A stretch of 62,479 bases of DNA, the filler included, from Chiloscyllium plagiosum (Eukaryota), in the NCBI RefSeq assembly GCF_004010195.1. It is 3 parts of one record of this genome, joined end to end, with 100 filler letters (N's around TTAATTAATTAA, not from the genome) between each part and the next. Parts side by side here need not be neighbours in the genome. Positions count along the whole stretch, not along the records: positions 1 to 15,385 come from NC_057712.1; positions 15,486 to 46,379 come from NC_057712.1; 1 more part is not named here. One strand, given 5' to 3'. Position numbers and translations under genes: made by a program. The notes under the pieces were generated by a model, which saw only the letters and a list, made by a program, of their open reading frames with translations, made no database searches and had not been told where the DNA came from. Below, in pieces: positions 12,990-26,257 of the stretch; the stretch's first letter is position 1; each line of letters starts with the position of its first letter.

Positions 12990-13862
12990 TTTTGATTTCA
13001 CCCGTGGGATGTAGGAACCACTAGCTGGATCAGCAATCATTACCCTTCTTGAACTGTTATAGTCCACATGCTGTAGATAGACCCACAATGCCATTTAGGG
13101 AGGGAATTCCAGGATTTTTACCAAAAAGCATTGAAGCAACAATGATAGATTTCCAAATCAGGATAGCCTGTGGCTTGGAGAGCAATTTACAGGTGGTATT
13201 GTTCCCATGTATTCACTGCCCTCGTCCTCTGGATTGATGTGGTTGTGGGTTTGAAAGGTGCTGTCTAAGGATCTTTGGTAAATTTCCACATGCATCTTGT
13301 AGATAGTACATACTGCTGTTACCAAGTGTCAGTGGTGTAGGGAGTGGAAGTTTGTGGATGTGGTGCCAAACAAGCAGATTATTTTGTCCTGGATGGTGTC
13401 AAGCTTCTTGAGTATTGTTAGAGCCGCACTTATCTAGGCAAGTGGGGAGTATTCCATCATATTCTTGACTTGTGCTTTGTAGATGGTGGACATGATTTGG
13501 GGAGACAGGAAGTGACTGTAAGATTCCCTGTACTTAATGCCTCGTGCAGTTCATTTTCTGATCAATAGGAACATCCAGATGTTGATGGGGATTCAATGAT
13601 GGTAATGCCTTTGAACGTCATGGGACAATAGTTAGATTGACTCTTGTTTAAAATGGTCACTACTTAGAATTTGTATGGCTCAAATCTTGGCATCTTTCAG
13701 CCCAAACATGGATATTGTCCAGGCCTTGCTGCATTTGGTCAAGGACTGCTTGCTGTCTGAGGAGTTGTGAATGATGCTGAACATTGTGCAATTATCAGCA
13801 AATATCCCAACTTCTGACTTTATGATGGCCATTCTTGAAGCAGCTGAAGATGTTTGGCTTTA
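12990..13862 (-). mobile_element. CR1-like LINE (second family) RT C-terminus and 3' end
   Basis: Reverse strand reads gtcaagaatatgatggaatactccccacttgcc...aagcttgacaccatccaggacaaa; same family as 51930-52715. Confidence 0.7.
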
Positions 13863-14132
13863 GGGCTTTTTATGTTTCTACAAAAGGCTACAGCACGTAA
13901 ACTTTGCAAGCACAACCTCTCTTTTTAAAAGGTTTTAAAAGATTCTTGCTTTTAAAATATTTTGAACTCATCTGCTATCTTGGTTAGTAAAATCACTCTG
14001 TTGTGCTGTACTGCTGAATGTACACCCGACCAGTTATATCTTTGGTATGCATTCAGTGATTTGAACTCAATGGAAAGAAACGGCTGATATGCTAAAATTG
14101 CCCTTACTGTGATCCCGCATACAGTGACCTAC

Positions 14133-14160
14133 AGTGACCTCTGGTGGGACTGGAATGCAT
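14133..14160 (-). promoter_or_regulatory. Possible CTCF site (CCACCAGAGGTCAC)
   Basis: One mismatch to core consensus CCASYAGRKGGCRS; motif match only. Confidence 0.3.
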
Positions 14161-14400
14161 GTCAACAAGGGAAAAGGTCAGCTGTGTTAGCTTCTTGGGT
14201 GAACAGTTCATCTCCAATCATTACTTAAGCTTACATACAAAATGATCACCTAAATAATGTATGAAGGAAATGGGACTGTAACTCCGCATGAGTTACCACT
14301 TTATTGTGAAGGACAAGAAAAGGAAGAAAACCAATGTGGGCAAAATACAGATCATTGTTTAGTTTTCACACAGACAACATTAGCATAGTTAAACAGTTAC

Positions 14401-14484
14401 CGTGATGAGTTTGCGAACATCAGTCTTTGTGAGGGTTCTGTCAACATTGAACTCATATCTTGGATCCAGAACAACGGCTTTAAC
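14401..14484 (-). CDS. CFAP206: CFAP206 coding exon (VKAVVLDPRYEFNVDRTLTKTDVRKLIT)
   Basis: Translated by hand; ttttctaatag|GTT at 14485-14486, ACG|gtaact at 14399-14400; 84 nt, phase 0 to 0; resembles recalled human VKAVVLDPSNGFNMDRTLMKSDVQNLVK. Confidence 0.95.
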
Positions 14485-14789
14485 CTATTAGAAAATAGAT
14501 TCATCATATAACTTCAAGGTGTTTGCCAATCTGTTTATTTACAGAGTGCATTGTTTTCTGCATATTAGCTTTTAAAGAGACAGCAGGCTGCTTTGTAAAG
14601 CAACATAAAGAAAGAGACATAACTCAGAAAAAAATTTCAATCACCAGAGGAAATTTGCACCTTCAGTGCTCCCAGTGCCCAGTGCACCTTGCCAGGATTA
14701 CATATTAGGAATTCAGGGACATTCCCGTAACTTGCTTCCACAAACACACACAATATACACTTGATTATAAACATGTTGTTATAGCTGTT

Positions 14790-15385
14790 GAAGATAGCTA
14801 TCTGTAAGAAAAATAGGGTGGTTATGGTAGGGGATTTTAACTTTCCAAACATAGACTGGGACAGCCATAGTGTTAAGGGTTAAGATGGAGAGGTATTTGT
14901 TAAGTGTGTACAAGAACATTTTCTGATTCAATATGTGGATGTACTGACTAGAGCAGGTGTAAAACTTGACCTACTCTTGGGAAAATAAGGCTGGGCAGGT
15001 GAATGAGGTGTCAGTGGGGGAGCACTTTGGGGCCAGCGACCATAATTCTATTAGATTTAAAATAGTGATGGAAAAGGATAGACCAGATCTAAAAGTTGAA
15101 GTTCTAAATTGGAGAAAGGCCAATTTTGACGGTATTAGGCAAGAACTTTTGAAAACTGATTGGGCACAGATATTTGCAGGTAAAGGGACAGCTGGAAAAT
15201 GGGAAGCCTTCAGAAATGAGATAACGAGAATCCAGAGAAAGTATATTCCTGTTAGGATGAAAAGAAAGGCTGGTAGGTATAGTGAATGTTGGATAACTAA
15301 TGAAATTGAGGGTTTGGTTAAGAAAAAGAAGGAAGCATATGTAAGGTATAGACAGGATAGATCGAGTGAATCCTTAGAAGAGTAT
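14790..15385 (+). mobile_element. CR1-type LINE ORF2, endonuclease C-terminal part, running into gap
   Basis: VVMVGDFNFPNIDW and GEHFGASDHNSIRF APE-domain motifs; LNWRKANFD. Confidence 0.9.
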
Positions 15386-15485
15386 NNNNNNNNNNNNNNN
15401 NNNNNNNNNNNNNNNNNNNNNNNNNNNNNTTAATTAATTAANNNNNNNNNNNNNNNNNNNNNNNNNNNNNNNNNNNNNNNNNNNN
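15386..15485. other. Assembly gap / artificial spacer N44-TTAATTAATTAA-N44
   Basis: 12-mer at 15430-15441 places stops in all six frames; identical structure at 46380. Confidence 0.97.
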
Positions 15486-15980
15486 AACTTGAAAGGGTTC
15501 AGAAAAGATTTACAAGGATGTTGCCAGGGTTGGAGGATTTGAGTGACAGGGAGAGGCTGAACAGGCTGGGGCTGTTTTCCCTGGAGCATCGGAGGCTGAG
15601 GGGTGACCTTATAGAGGTTTACAAAATTATGAGGGGGATGGATAGGATATATAGACAAAGTCTTTTCTGTGGGGTCAGGGAGTCCAGAACTAGAGGGCAT
15701 GGGTTTAGGGTGAGAGGTGAAAGATATAAAACAGATCTACGGGGCAACGTTTTCACGCAGAGAGTGGTACGTGTATGGAATGAGCTGGTACGTGTATGGA
15801 ATGAGTCCTGGTACAATTGCAACATTTAAAAGGCATCTGGATGGGTATATGAATAGGAAGGATTTAGAGGGATATGGGCCGGGTGCTGGCAGGTGGGACT
15901 AGATTGGGTTGGTATGTCTGGTCGGCATGGACGGATTGGACCGAAGGGTCTGTTTCCTTGCTGTAAATCTCTATGACTCT
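15486..15980 (+). mobile_element. CR1-type LINE 3' end
   Basis: LPGLEDLS.RERLNRLGLFSLEHRRLRGDLIEVYK; ctatgact tail; internal 21-bp duplication near 15766-15805. Confidence 0.92.
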
Positions 15981-16145
15981 GTAACTAGATTGAACTAGAA
16001 GTCACTGTTGTTTCATGAAGCTGAATTGCATTATCAATAAAATTGGATGTGGACTCATGCCGACATGAGGAGTATGTAACGGATGAACAGTTTTATTAGT
16101 AGAAGCAAATCATTGCTATTAGAGAGAAAGGAGAGAAACCATTAT

Positions 16146-16945
16146 CAAAACTAGAGGGCACAGGTTTAAGGTGAGAGGGAAAAGATTTAAAAAGGACTTG
16201 AGAGCTAACTTTTTCATGCAGAAGGTGTTCCGTGTGCAAAACAAGCTGACCCAGGAAATAGCGAGGGTGGTACAATTACAACATTTGGATGTAAGGCATC
16301 TGGATGGGTGTACGAATAGGAAAGGTTTAGATGGATACGGACCAAATACTGACAAATAGGACTAGGTCACATTTGGTTCCTGAAACGGAAAAACTGACAA
16401 ATGAAGAAAGACTGAATCAATTGGGCTTGTAGTCACTGGAATTTAGAAGAATGGGGTGGGGGGATCTCATTGAAACATATGAAATCCTGATGGGACAGGA
16501 CAGGCTCGATGAGGGAAGAATGTTCTCGATGTTGGGAAAGCCCAGAACTAGGGGTCACTGTCTAAGAATAAGGGATGAGCGATTTGGGACTGAGATAAAG
16601 TCTTTGAGTTATAGAGATGAACAGCACAGAAACAGTCCCTTTGGTCCAACCCGTCCATGCCAACCAGATATCCAAACCTAACTAGTCCCACTTGCCAGCC
16701 CCAAACCCTTCAAACCTCCTATTCATATACCCATCCAGATGCCTTTTACATGTTGCAATTGTACTGTCCTCCATCACTTCCTCTGGCAGTTCATTCCACA
16801 CACACACACCACCCTCTGCATGAAAGATTTGCTCCTTAGGTCTCTTTTATATCTTGCTCCTTAGGTCTCTTGTGGCTAAAGGGATCAAGAGGAATGGGGA
16901 GAAAGCGGGAATGGGATGCTGAGATTGCAAAATCAATCATGATAG
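16146..16945. mobile_element. Cluster of nested CR1 3' fragments, both strands
   Basis: Plus-strand TRGH..KVRG and GDLIETYEIL pieces; minus-strand piece at about 16605-16870. Confidence 0.75.
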
Positions 16946-16959
16946 AATCCACAGAATCC

Positions 16960-17210
16960 ATAGAATCCCTACAGTGTGGAAACAGGCCCTTCAGCTCAGC
17001 AAGCCCACACCAACCTTCTGAAGAGTATCTCGCCCAGACCCATTCCCCTATTGGTCTACATTTCCCCCGACTATTGTACCTAACTTACAAATCCCTGAAC
17101 ATTTAGAATGGTCAATTAACCTAATCTGCACATCTTTGGATTCTGGGAGGGAACTGGAGCACCTGGAGGAAACCCACACAGACATGGGGAGAATATGCAA
17201 ATTACACCCA
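16960..17210 (-). mobile_element. HE1-type V-SINE, 5'-truncated
   Basis: ctgcacatctttgga...gagcacctggaggaaacccacacagaca is the reverse complement of the V-domain. Confidence 0.8.
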
Positions 17211-20200
17211 TACATGATCATATTAAATGGTAGTGCTGGAAGGGCTGAATGGCCTACTCCTGCATCTATTCGCTTTGTTTCTATGATATCTGGTAGGCAT
17301 GGACGAGTTGGATTGAAGAGTCTGTTTCTATGCTGCATGGCTGTTGGACTTAATGACTTACAGAATCAGTGGGTAGTATCTTACCAGGTCCTGAATGTCG
17401 TTGGCTTTGGTGAGAAATCTGGGACAGTTCCATGAAAAGTCCAGTGAGACCTTTCTCCATGTCAGGACCAACAAGTCACAATTTCCAGCAGAATTCTGGA
17501 TATTGAGATAAGATGCTCGCTGATGAACAGCAACAGGCCTATTAACTCAATCAATTAATGGGGATTATCACTTATTATCACCCTCAACACCAGCTCATCA
17601 ATATGCAATTCCCCATTCCAGCAAGTGCTAGACCGAAACTATATGCTGAGAGTTCCCAGGATGACAATCACGGTGTGTAACCTAGTAATTCCAGCTCATC
17701 ACTCTCTCCCACTGGATTGTCATCTTGGACACTTGGCACCAAGTGCCTGAGGAGATGCTCCAGGGCAAAGCTGAAGGCACTCCATGTCATCGGACACTGT
17801 CCATAAGACATAGGAGTGGAATTAATGCCATTCAGCCCATCGAGTCCACTCCGCCATATAATCATGGCTGATGGGCATTTCAGCTCCATTTACCCACACT
17901 CTCCCCGTAGCCCTTAATTCCTTGCGAGATCAAGAATTTAAATGTATTTAAATGTCATCTAACATCCGCCAGTCTCACTGAACCATCATGGCATATTTCC
18001 AATCCACTGACATTACACTTGCTCTTTGGGGAGCACCAGCAATTATCATTCAAATGTCAGCTGCAATGACACTTTGCAGCTAGACACAGGAACCCAGCTC
18101 ATGGACTGGATGAGACTGCCTCTCTGGGCTGCTCATGCACTTAGCAGCTTCCTGGTAACAGCATTCCTGCTTTGTTTCTTGTGCCTTGGCCCCACAGCAA
18201 GAGCTGTAAGAGCTTGCTTTGCTACATAGTGCAGACATTAAGCCAGGCTGCTAGTTATGCTTATCAATAGTCACCAGTCAAGGGGATGAACATTATTGTT
18301 GTATGGCACGGCACTGTCAGTGTCACATCTACAAACTATACCAGCTGCCTGTGCAGCAACCAACCATACGTTCTTCAACCAAATCGCTATGTCACCATGT
18401 CTTAGTGTTGCTGTCCTTGGTTGAGTCATGATGGGTGGATTCAGTGCAGTCGGTTAAAGAGCAGCATCTGCTCACAGTCCAGGGACTTGGCAACAATCAC
18501 TCACCCATCTGGGGCTGTCAGTGTCAGGTAGTCTGTATCACTGCAGCCCAGGTTGTCAGTGGAATGAGCATTTGGTGGGATGAAATGGCTTCAGGGGACT
18601 GTAGGGATAAGGAAATGGTGGAACTGTAGGGGATTGTTGGGAATTGTAGGCATCAACCTAAGATGTGGAGTGGACAAGGACAGTGAAAAATCAACCTATA
18701 AGGTGGGGAGCTGGCAATGGGAGAGCATTGGATACTGAAGGAGTGTGTGTGATAGATTGTGGCCTTAAAGGGGGACATCACCAAATTGTAGTGAAGTGGC
18801 TTGGGGATAAGTTTAGAAGGTTAGAGTTTCAACTTGAGATGGCAGGTGGGAACATGTGGGTGTTTGATCAAGACAAACTATCCACGGATGTGCTTGGTAG
18901 GAAAGGCCATTGAGTCTTGGGGTGGGGGATGGTATTCGATGACTAGGAGGAACCTGGTATCCATGGTGACTGCTGTGGCCTGCACTGTCTACTGTGATCT
19001 GCTGAAAGCCATCTGCGAACAGACATTGATTGGGACAACATTCAGAGCGGGTGGAGACAATGTCCATTTCATTGCCAAAATTAAAGGATCCGCTTCTGTG
19101 AGACAGGAGGTCCTTCAAGGGGCAAATGTATTAATCACATGCCTGCAAAGTGCAGGTCCACATCAATCACAATCATATCATCATGTTTGTGAAATGACCA
19201 AAGTGTCCAAGAATGTAATGTACAAATGCTGATCATAGGCAGTGTCGACCAAATCATTGGCCCTTACACATTACAATTGAACATCTCTGAAGCAGAAATG
19301 ACCACAGTTGACCTTAGATGAAGAATCTGTAGGCCACAAAGTGCACAGCTAATGTAAGTCACCCCAGGGTACAAAGAAGCATGGAATTGAGTTTCTCTCC
19401 GTCCAAACAGTATGTATAATGCAAGACTCTCGTACATAAAATGATGCCTTGTGTGGCTGATGTAGGTTTGGGAGGAGAAGGGATCTGTACACATACAGCG
19501 CTTAGACTGTGCTGCTAACTATGTGCTAAACATAGTTACAGACCATTAGAGGGAGACAATTGACACACAACAGGTGAAGGGAAAGGTTGAGATGGAAAGT
19601 CGTTCATGATAAACTCAGCCAGTATGGGAGTTTAACCTATGCTGTTGACATCACTGTTCATTGCAAACCAGCCACCCAGCCAACCTTCCTGCATTACTGT
19701 GGAGCACTTGTTGACACAGAACCCTATGTCAGTGTCAAGGTGAGTCAGTACATGGCTCTGCTTGTCAGAATGCTCCATCTTTCACTTTATGTAAGGGAAT
19801 GGTAATGTGTCATGGTGCCTGTTGGCTGCTTTTATTACGAAGAACCCATGGTATTTCTTATTTTCTAAACCAGATTCATTGCAAGCATGATTGGTGCACT
19901 CAGCCACCCAGCATGGGCTCACATCCAGAGTAGGTGGAGCCAGTTTCTATTTGAAAGCCACATTCATAGACTCTGATTCCCGGTAGGTGTGGTCATTGAG
20001 GTTGTTGCCAAATAATGAAGGTGCAGGGAGATCAAGGAGGATTAGATATACCAGCAAACTGCTAAGGAAAAACAAACAGCCACCAAGACATTGGAGTCAA
20101 AGATCATCTCTGGATGTGTTGGAGGCGCAGGGAGTTCAGAGTGTTTTGGCCTCAGTGCCTTTTCCTCTGGATGAGCGAGCTGCAGTATCAGGCAGTTTGA

Positions 20201-20372
20201 GGAAATCCTGGGATATTGTCACAGGATTGTGCTGGAGTGGGACTTGTGACCTGAAGGAATGGTTGAGCATCCTACCCTAGTAGCTGTTAAAGTGATAGCT
20301 GTAGTAAACATTAATGTAATTGGTTGCTTCCATGAATCCATGGGAGCCAGTGTGGGATCGCTCAATCAAACG

Positions 20373-21425
20373 GAGGTAGAAGACAGAGGGTGGTGGTGGA
20401 GAGTTGCTTTTCAGACTGGAGGCCTGTGACCAGCGGTGTGCCACAAGGATCGGTGCTGGGTGCACTGCTTTTCATCATTTATATAAATGATTTAGATGTG
20501 AACATTGGAGATATGGTTAGTAAGTTTGCAGATGACACTAAAATTGTGTGGTTGTCCGTGAAGAAGGTTACCTCAGAGTACAATGGGATGGGCCAGTGGG
20601 CTGAGAAGTGCAGATGGAGTTTAATTTAGATAAATGCGAGGTGCTGCATTTTGGACAGGCAAATCAGAACAGGACTTATATACTTGATGGTAAGGTGCTG
20701 GAGAGTGTTGCTGAACAAAGAGACTTTGGAGTGCAGGTTCATAGTTTCTTGACAGTGGAGTCGCAAGTAGAAAGGGTAGTGAAGAAGGCATTTAGTACAC
20801 CTTCCTTTATTGGTCAGTGCATTGTGTATAAGAGTTGGAATGTCATGTTACAGCTGTACAGGACATTGGCTAGGCCATTTTTGGAATACTGCATTCAATT
20901 CTGGTTTCCCTGCTTTCAGAAGGATGTTGTGAAACTTGAAAGGGTTCAGAAAAGACTAAAAAGGATGTTGCCAGTTTTTGACATTTTGAGCTATAGGGAG
21001 AAGCTGAATAGGCTGGGGCTGTTTTCCCTGGAGCATCAGAGGCTGAGGGGTGACGTTATGGAGGTTTGTAAAATCATGAGGGGCATGGACAGGGTGGATA
21101 GCCAAGGTCTTTTCCCTGGGTGTAGGGGAATCCAAAACTAGAGGGCATAGGTTTAAGGTGAGAAGGGAAAAATTTAAAGGAGACCTATAGGACAACTTTT
21201 TCACACAGAGGGTGTTATGTGTGTGGAATGAGCTACCAGAGGAAGTGGTGGCGGCTGGTACAGTTACAACATTTAAAGGCATCTGGATGGGTATATGAGT
21301 AGGATGGATTTGCAGGGTATAGGCCAAATGTTGGTAAACGGTATTAGATTAATTTCAGATAACTGGTCAGCATGCACAAGTTGGACTGAAGGATCTATTT
21401 CCATGCTATACATCTCTATGACTCT
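20373..21425 (+). mobile_element. CR1-type LINE, 5'-truncated RT to tail
   Basis: [31 protein letters not shown]; ctatgact tail. Confidence 0.93.
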
Positions 21426-22679
21426 ATAACGCTAACCATCCAGCCACAAACTCATCAAGACTGTGACTGATGCCATCTGTGCCTGACCACATTGAATCAT
21501 TTTGTTTCCCAGTGATGAGCTCAGTGCTGCAGTATATAGCTGGCTTCTGTCAGGTTCAAGCACCATCAACTGCATAAACGTTATGTTTCTGGAACCATAT
21601 TATAATGATTTATAACAGAAAATGCCTCCATTTCATCAATGTACAAATGATCTTTGATCACTGGTATCTCTTTGCACTGGGATCTACCATGACTCTTACA
21701 TTGTTAAGAACTCTTGTGCTCCCCTGCATTGAGGGTCCAGGTGTGATACAAGGTTGGTTACTGGGGCACAAGGGCTAGCCACTGCAACCATGGCGGATGA
21801 CTCAATTATGCAAGCCCTTAACTAAGGTGGAGTGCACATACAGTGTAGCCTGTCCTACTTCCATCTCTAGGATGGAACACACGATAGGGTTGCTGAAGGT
21901 ACGGATCCACTACTTAGACCAGTCTGAGGTGGGGCTCTGCAGTATAGTCTGGACAAAATGCATTGCATGATCTAGTACATCCCAGCAATGATGAGTTCTT
22001 CTGGCTATGATAAGTGACAGAATCGGGATGGCAATATACAAGAGGGACATGAAACGGTAATGGTAAGTAGTTAATGAGGCAAATTTGAGATGTTAGAGTG
22101 TGAAAACTTACTAGCTATCGTAGAGAGAGAGAAAAAAACCTCTGTTAAACTCCACAAAAATGACACTTTGCCAAAATATAGTAAGATTCAGCCCAGGGAG
22201 TGCAAGTGTTATTTATTTACTAACCATCTTAGGTGAGATGAAGGAATATTGACTGAAGGGCTGGATTCAATGTTTTCCTTAATAAATCTGACGTATGAAG
22301 TCTGCTTTCTCCAAAAATATTCTAGTGTGAGAATAATCTTCTTAATGTGTTTTATATTCCAAGCATGCAATTAATTTTATGGTTTTCAATGCATTTATAA
22401 GATTGGTATTTTTCTGCTTCTGTGTAATTATTTCAATTGTTAAAAGAAATCTATGAATTTTAGATAGAATAAATGGGTCTAACATTGTGGCATTTATTAC
22501 ATCTTTATGTAGTCCAGAACATGGAGAGTGCACCATACTGTGATGGTATTACTGGACATTAGAAATTACCCAGTCAGTCATCAGGGAGTATGTTTCTCCT
22601 TATAACCACAATAGATTAATTTGCTAAGAGTGTACGCTCTTACTATTCTTAAATCAATGTAAGATGTAAGGTGATGATC

Positions 22680-23020
22680 TAATGATAATAAAACTAGACT
22701 ATTAATCTAGAGACCCAGACAATGTTCTGGGACATAACTCAAATCCCGCCATAGCAGAATTTAAATTGAATTTTTAAAAACATTTTGGAATTAAGAATTT
22801 AATGATGACCAAGCCATTATTGATTGTTAGAAAAATCCATCTGGTTCACCAATGTCCACCCATTTGAGGAAGAAAATCTGCCATCCTTACCTGGTCTGGC
22901 CTACATGTGACTCCAAGCTCTCAGCAATGTGGTTGAACGTTAACTCAAGAATTTAGGGATAGGCAATAAATGCTAGCCAATCCAACGATGCCTACATCAC
23001 ATGAAAAACTAAAAAAAAAG
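22680..23020 (+). mobile_element. tRNA-derived SINE (second family)
   Basis: actagactattaatctagagaccc...ccttacctggtctggcctacatgtgactcc...gcaataaatgct...A-tail; homologous to 1838-2185 and about 60430-60650. Confidence 0.65.
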
Positions 23021-23149
23021 GGCTCATCTCTTTCTGAAGCAACTTTTCGATTTTTAATATATCGTTAAATTCTTTCCTTGAGGGCTCTGAATTATGAATT
23101 ACTACTACCGTAACTTTTCCAATTTCCCCAAAGATTAAACATGCAATTT

Positions 23150-23450
23150 AAGATTGGATTACTTACAGTGTGGAAACAGGCCCTTTGGTCCAACAAGTCC
23201 ACACTGACCCTCCAAAGATCAGTCCACCCAGACCCATTCCCCTACATTTACCCCTTCACCTAACACTATGGGCAACTTAGCATGGCCAATTCACCTAACC
23301 TGCATATCTTTGTGATTGTGGGAGGTAACCCGCACAGACACAGGGAGAATGGGCAAACTCCACACAGACAGCTGCCTGAGGTGGGAATTGAACCCAGGTT
23401 TCTGGTGCTGTGAGGCAGCAGTGCTAACCACTGTGCCACCGTGTTGCCCT
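23150..23450 (-). mobile_element. HE1-type V-SINE
   Basis: Reverse complement head gggcaacacggtggcacagtggttagcactgc and full body. Confidence 0.88.
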
Positions 23451-24104
23451 AGGTAGTGTTCGTACAAACCTTCGGTGCCCTTGCAAAATCATCATTCCGC
23501 CACTAGCTCACGAAATTGTGCTGTATCTGTGTAGCATCTCTTTAATATGCTCATGGTTCTTTCCTCATGAATTGAAACATCAGCCAGATGAATGGCTTTG
23601 CCTCTGACTTCTATGTTATGTAAGGTCTTATACTGTACATCTGTGTTGCAGATCTAGAGGGAGGGGTTTCCCCCAGAGGACTTGGAAAGCCAGAAAGAAA
23701 GGACTTCTGAAGTAATATGTCAGCACATGATTCACAAAAAGAAAATGTTTTAAGATAACTTAAATAAAAATGCTTAATTGCATATTTTATGAAGTAAAGA
23801 TGAATTTCTTCAAAACCAATACACAACGTGTACTGTTGTGGAAACCACACATATTTTTGTACAAGTAAAATTGCACCCATATATCAGATCAGCCTCCCTT
23901 CTTTAAGATTAAGGTTATTTACTCTGCAAGCAACAAAGATAACAAAAGTATTCAATTACTTTCATGTTTTTAAAATAAAGCAGTAACGTGGAACTGAATA
24001 AAATATAAGCCAGCTTGATGACTTAGGGCATGAGCATATCTGTGAGTTTGACTCCTGAATAAGAGAGTTCTGAAAGCTTTAGTAGCAAAATACTGTGAAT
24101 ACTA

Positions 24105-24400
24105 ATGATCTGAAATAAAAACAGAGTGTGCTGTAGTAGCCCAGCAAGTGTGGAAGCAGCTATAGGGAAGAAACTAGGGTTGATGTTTTCATTCTAATAA
24201 TATGCTTCTTCATAATTGAAAAAAAAAATGGAAAGGTAGTGGGGTTTATCACTCTCACCCATCACCTTTCCACCTCTGTTCAGTTCGGAACAAGAGTCAC
24301 GTTGGATTTGCAACATTAACTTCTTCTCTCTTTGAAGATGTTGCTGGACCTGATGAATTTCTCTACGGTTCTCTATTTTTATTGTAGCTGAAATCTGCAT
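24105..24400. mobile_element. Old inverted pair of Penelope-derived terminal repeats
   Basis: Minus-strand tail 24105-24190 and plus-strand copy 24250-24400 with decayed hammerhead (agtt...gcaacatt aact). Confidence 0.5.
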
Positions 24401-25548
24401 TTATTTCAGGGCTGACTAAGAGGAGAAGCTATGACAATTGTGTTTGTGCAGTTTACTAGACACTGTTTTAGCATAAAGCCTTTCTCACTATACCCTTATC
24501 ATACAATCATAAAGTTTGTATTCTCATTCTGTGCTATTGCAAATATAGAATAATTATGGTTCTAGGATTAAATCTCAGTTTATTTGGAGTTGTGATGGTG
24601 CAAATGTTGTCAAGGTGATCCTGATATATGATCTATAGCACAAAGAAATACAAGATCTCACCCAGAATCCGAGCACCAGAGTCAACACTAGTCATCAGTC
24701 CACAGACACTTTGGTGAGGAACTCCTGTATGCATTCCTTGGTCACCATTGTAAGGTCAGCATAAACCCAAGAAATGTAAGAAACGTTTCTTTGTATTTTT
24801 TCTCCTGTGTAGCTGCTGATATTCTTCCCATGATGTTCCTGAGGAAGACCAAGACACCTCCTTTGGAAATTCTTTCTGTTAATTTTGGGCAGATTGCCCC
24901 ATGGCCTGTCTCCCTCAGCACTGTCAATGGAATCAAATACCAACATAACCAGATTCTATCTTAAATCCCTGCCTTTCTACACCCCTGCCACCAACTACAA
25001 CAGGAATGTTGTCTATCGATCCATTTGGTCTCAGGGATTTCACAGTTTGAGTGTCAATGCTGGCAGCAAAGTCAATTAAAATGTTTGAGAATGATTTGAA
25101 ATGATACAGACTTGTCCATCCAGGACTTGGGACCCAAACCTTTGAAGACGCATTTCTTAAAAGATTGAGATTGAGAGGAACAGGGATTAGATTCTAAAGA
25201 ATCAACAAGAGGATTCAAATCAAGTGCTGACCTTGTTAACTAGCAGACTCACACTGGGTATTCTTTCCTGAAAGGTCTCTTGTGCAACTCTTAATCCTTT
25301 CCTCAAATGTAGTGTGACAGCCTCTACCTCAAGGTAGGCCTGATGGAGAAGCATTTCGACTGACCTTGCTCCAACCATTAAAAGTTTCAGGGCCTTTGCT
25401 TGCCGTAGCCTTTTCCCTCAAGATTGAGGAATGGGGGTGATGCTGGAGGGTTGTACAGAAGGAACCACATCCTGTTTTCTCAGTATGGTAAAGTGGTTGA
25501 TTATAGATCCTTCTGCAACTCACCATCAATGCCCAGACAGATAATATA

Positions 25549-25775
25549 GCTGAAAAATGTGTTGCTGGAAAAGTGCAGCAAGTCAGCAGCATTCAAGGAG
25601 CAGGAGAATTGACGTTTCAGGCATAAGCCCTTCTTCAGGAAAGATTCTTGAAGAAGGGCTTGTGCTCAAAATGGCGATTCTCCTGCTCCTTGGATGCTGC
25701 TTGACCTGCTGCACTTTTCCAGCAACACATTTTTCAGCTCTGATCTCCAGCATCTGCAGTCCTCACTTTCTCCTC
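25549..25775. mobile_element. Head-to-head Penelope-derived terminal repeat pair with 13-bp TSD
   Basis: About 90-bp inverted arms centred near 25642; gacagataatata at 25536-25548 and 25776-25788. Confidence 0.88.
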
Positions 25776-26125
25776 GACAGATAATATACAATACCTAATT
25801 TTAAAAATCATCTTGATGATTGACAGGCTTGAAATCTTGGAGGAAGCAGAGCTCTGGATCCAGCTGAATAGATCAAAATGGAAGCAAGTGAGTTTGTAGG
25901 TCCAGATATAAACCAGCTGCCAACTTGCATAACTGATCCCTCAAAGCCCCACTCACAGTCATAATGGGCCTGAACCTACTGCTCATACACAAGCAGTGCA
26001 TCCACCTGAGAAAGACCAGAAACCCTTAGCAATGCAATGAGAAATAAAATCTGGGATAACCAGTCTTCACCTCCTCACAGCAACTAGGAACCAAGCATTC
26101 CTGAGTCTTGTATTGAGGAAAATTG

Positions 26126-26257
26126 GGGTTAGTGAGGACTGCAGATACTGGGAAGTCAGAGTCGATAAAAGATGGAGCTGGAAAAAGCACAGTAGGTCAA
26201 GCAGCATCAGAGGAGCAGGAAAGTCGACATTTCAGGCAGGACTCTTCATCAGGACTG
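26126..26257 (-). mobile_element. Short Penelope-derived, hammerhead-bearing insert
   Basis: TSD attgaggaa(a/g)attg at 26112-26125 and 26258-26271; minus strand agtc-CTGATGA-agagtcctgcct-GAAA-tgtc-gact. Confidence 0.82.

Noticed and set aside
15430..15441. TTAATTAATTAA palindrome (also 46424-46435)
   Set aside because: Centred in N runs of identical length; artificial six-frame-stop linker.
17950..20340. ORFs of 65-132 aa in apparently old, decayed sequence
   Set aside because: No recognisable motif order or splice pattern; probably ancient repeat debris that I cannot classify.
24812..24964. Plus-strand acceptor-like site followed by ADILPMMFLRKTKTPP..., faintly like the recalled C6orf163 C-terminus
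   Set aside because: Only a few residues match, orientation is opposite to that expected relative to CFAP206, and no other exons were found.
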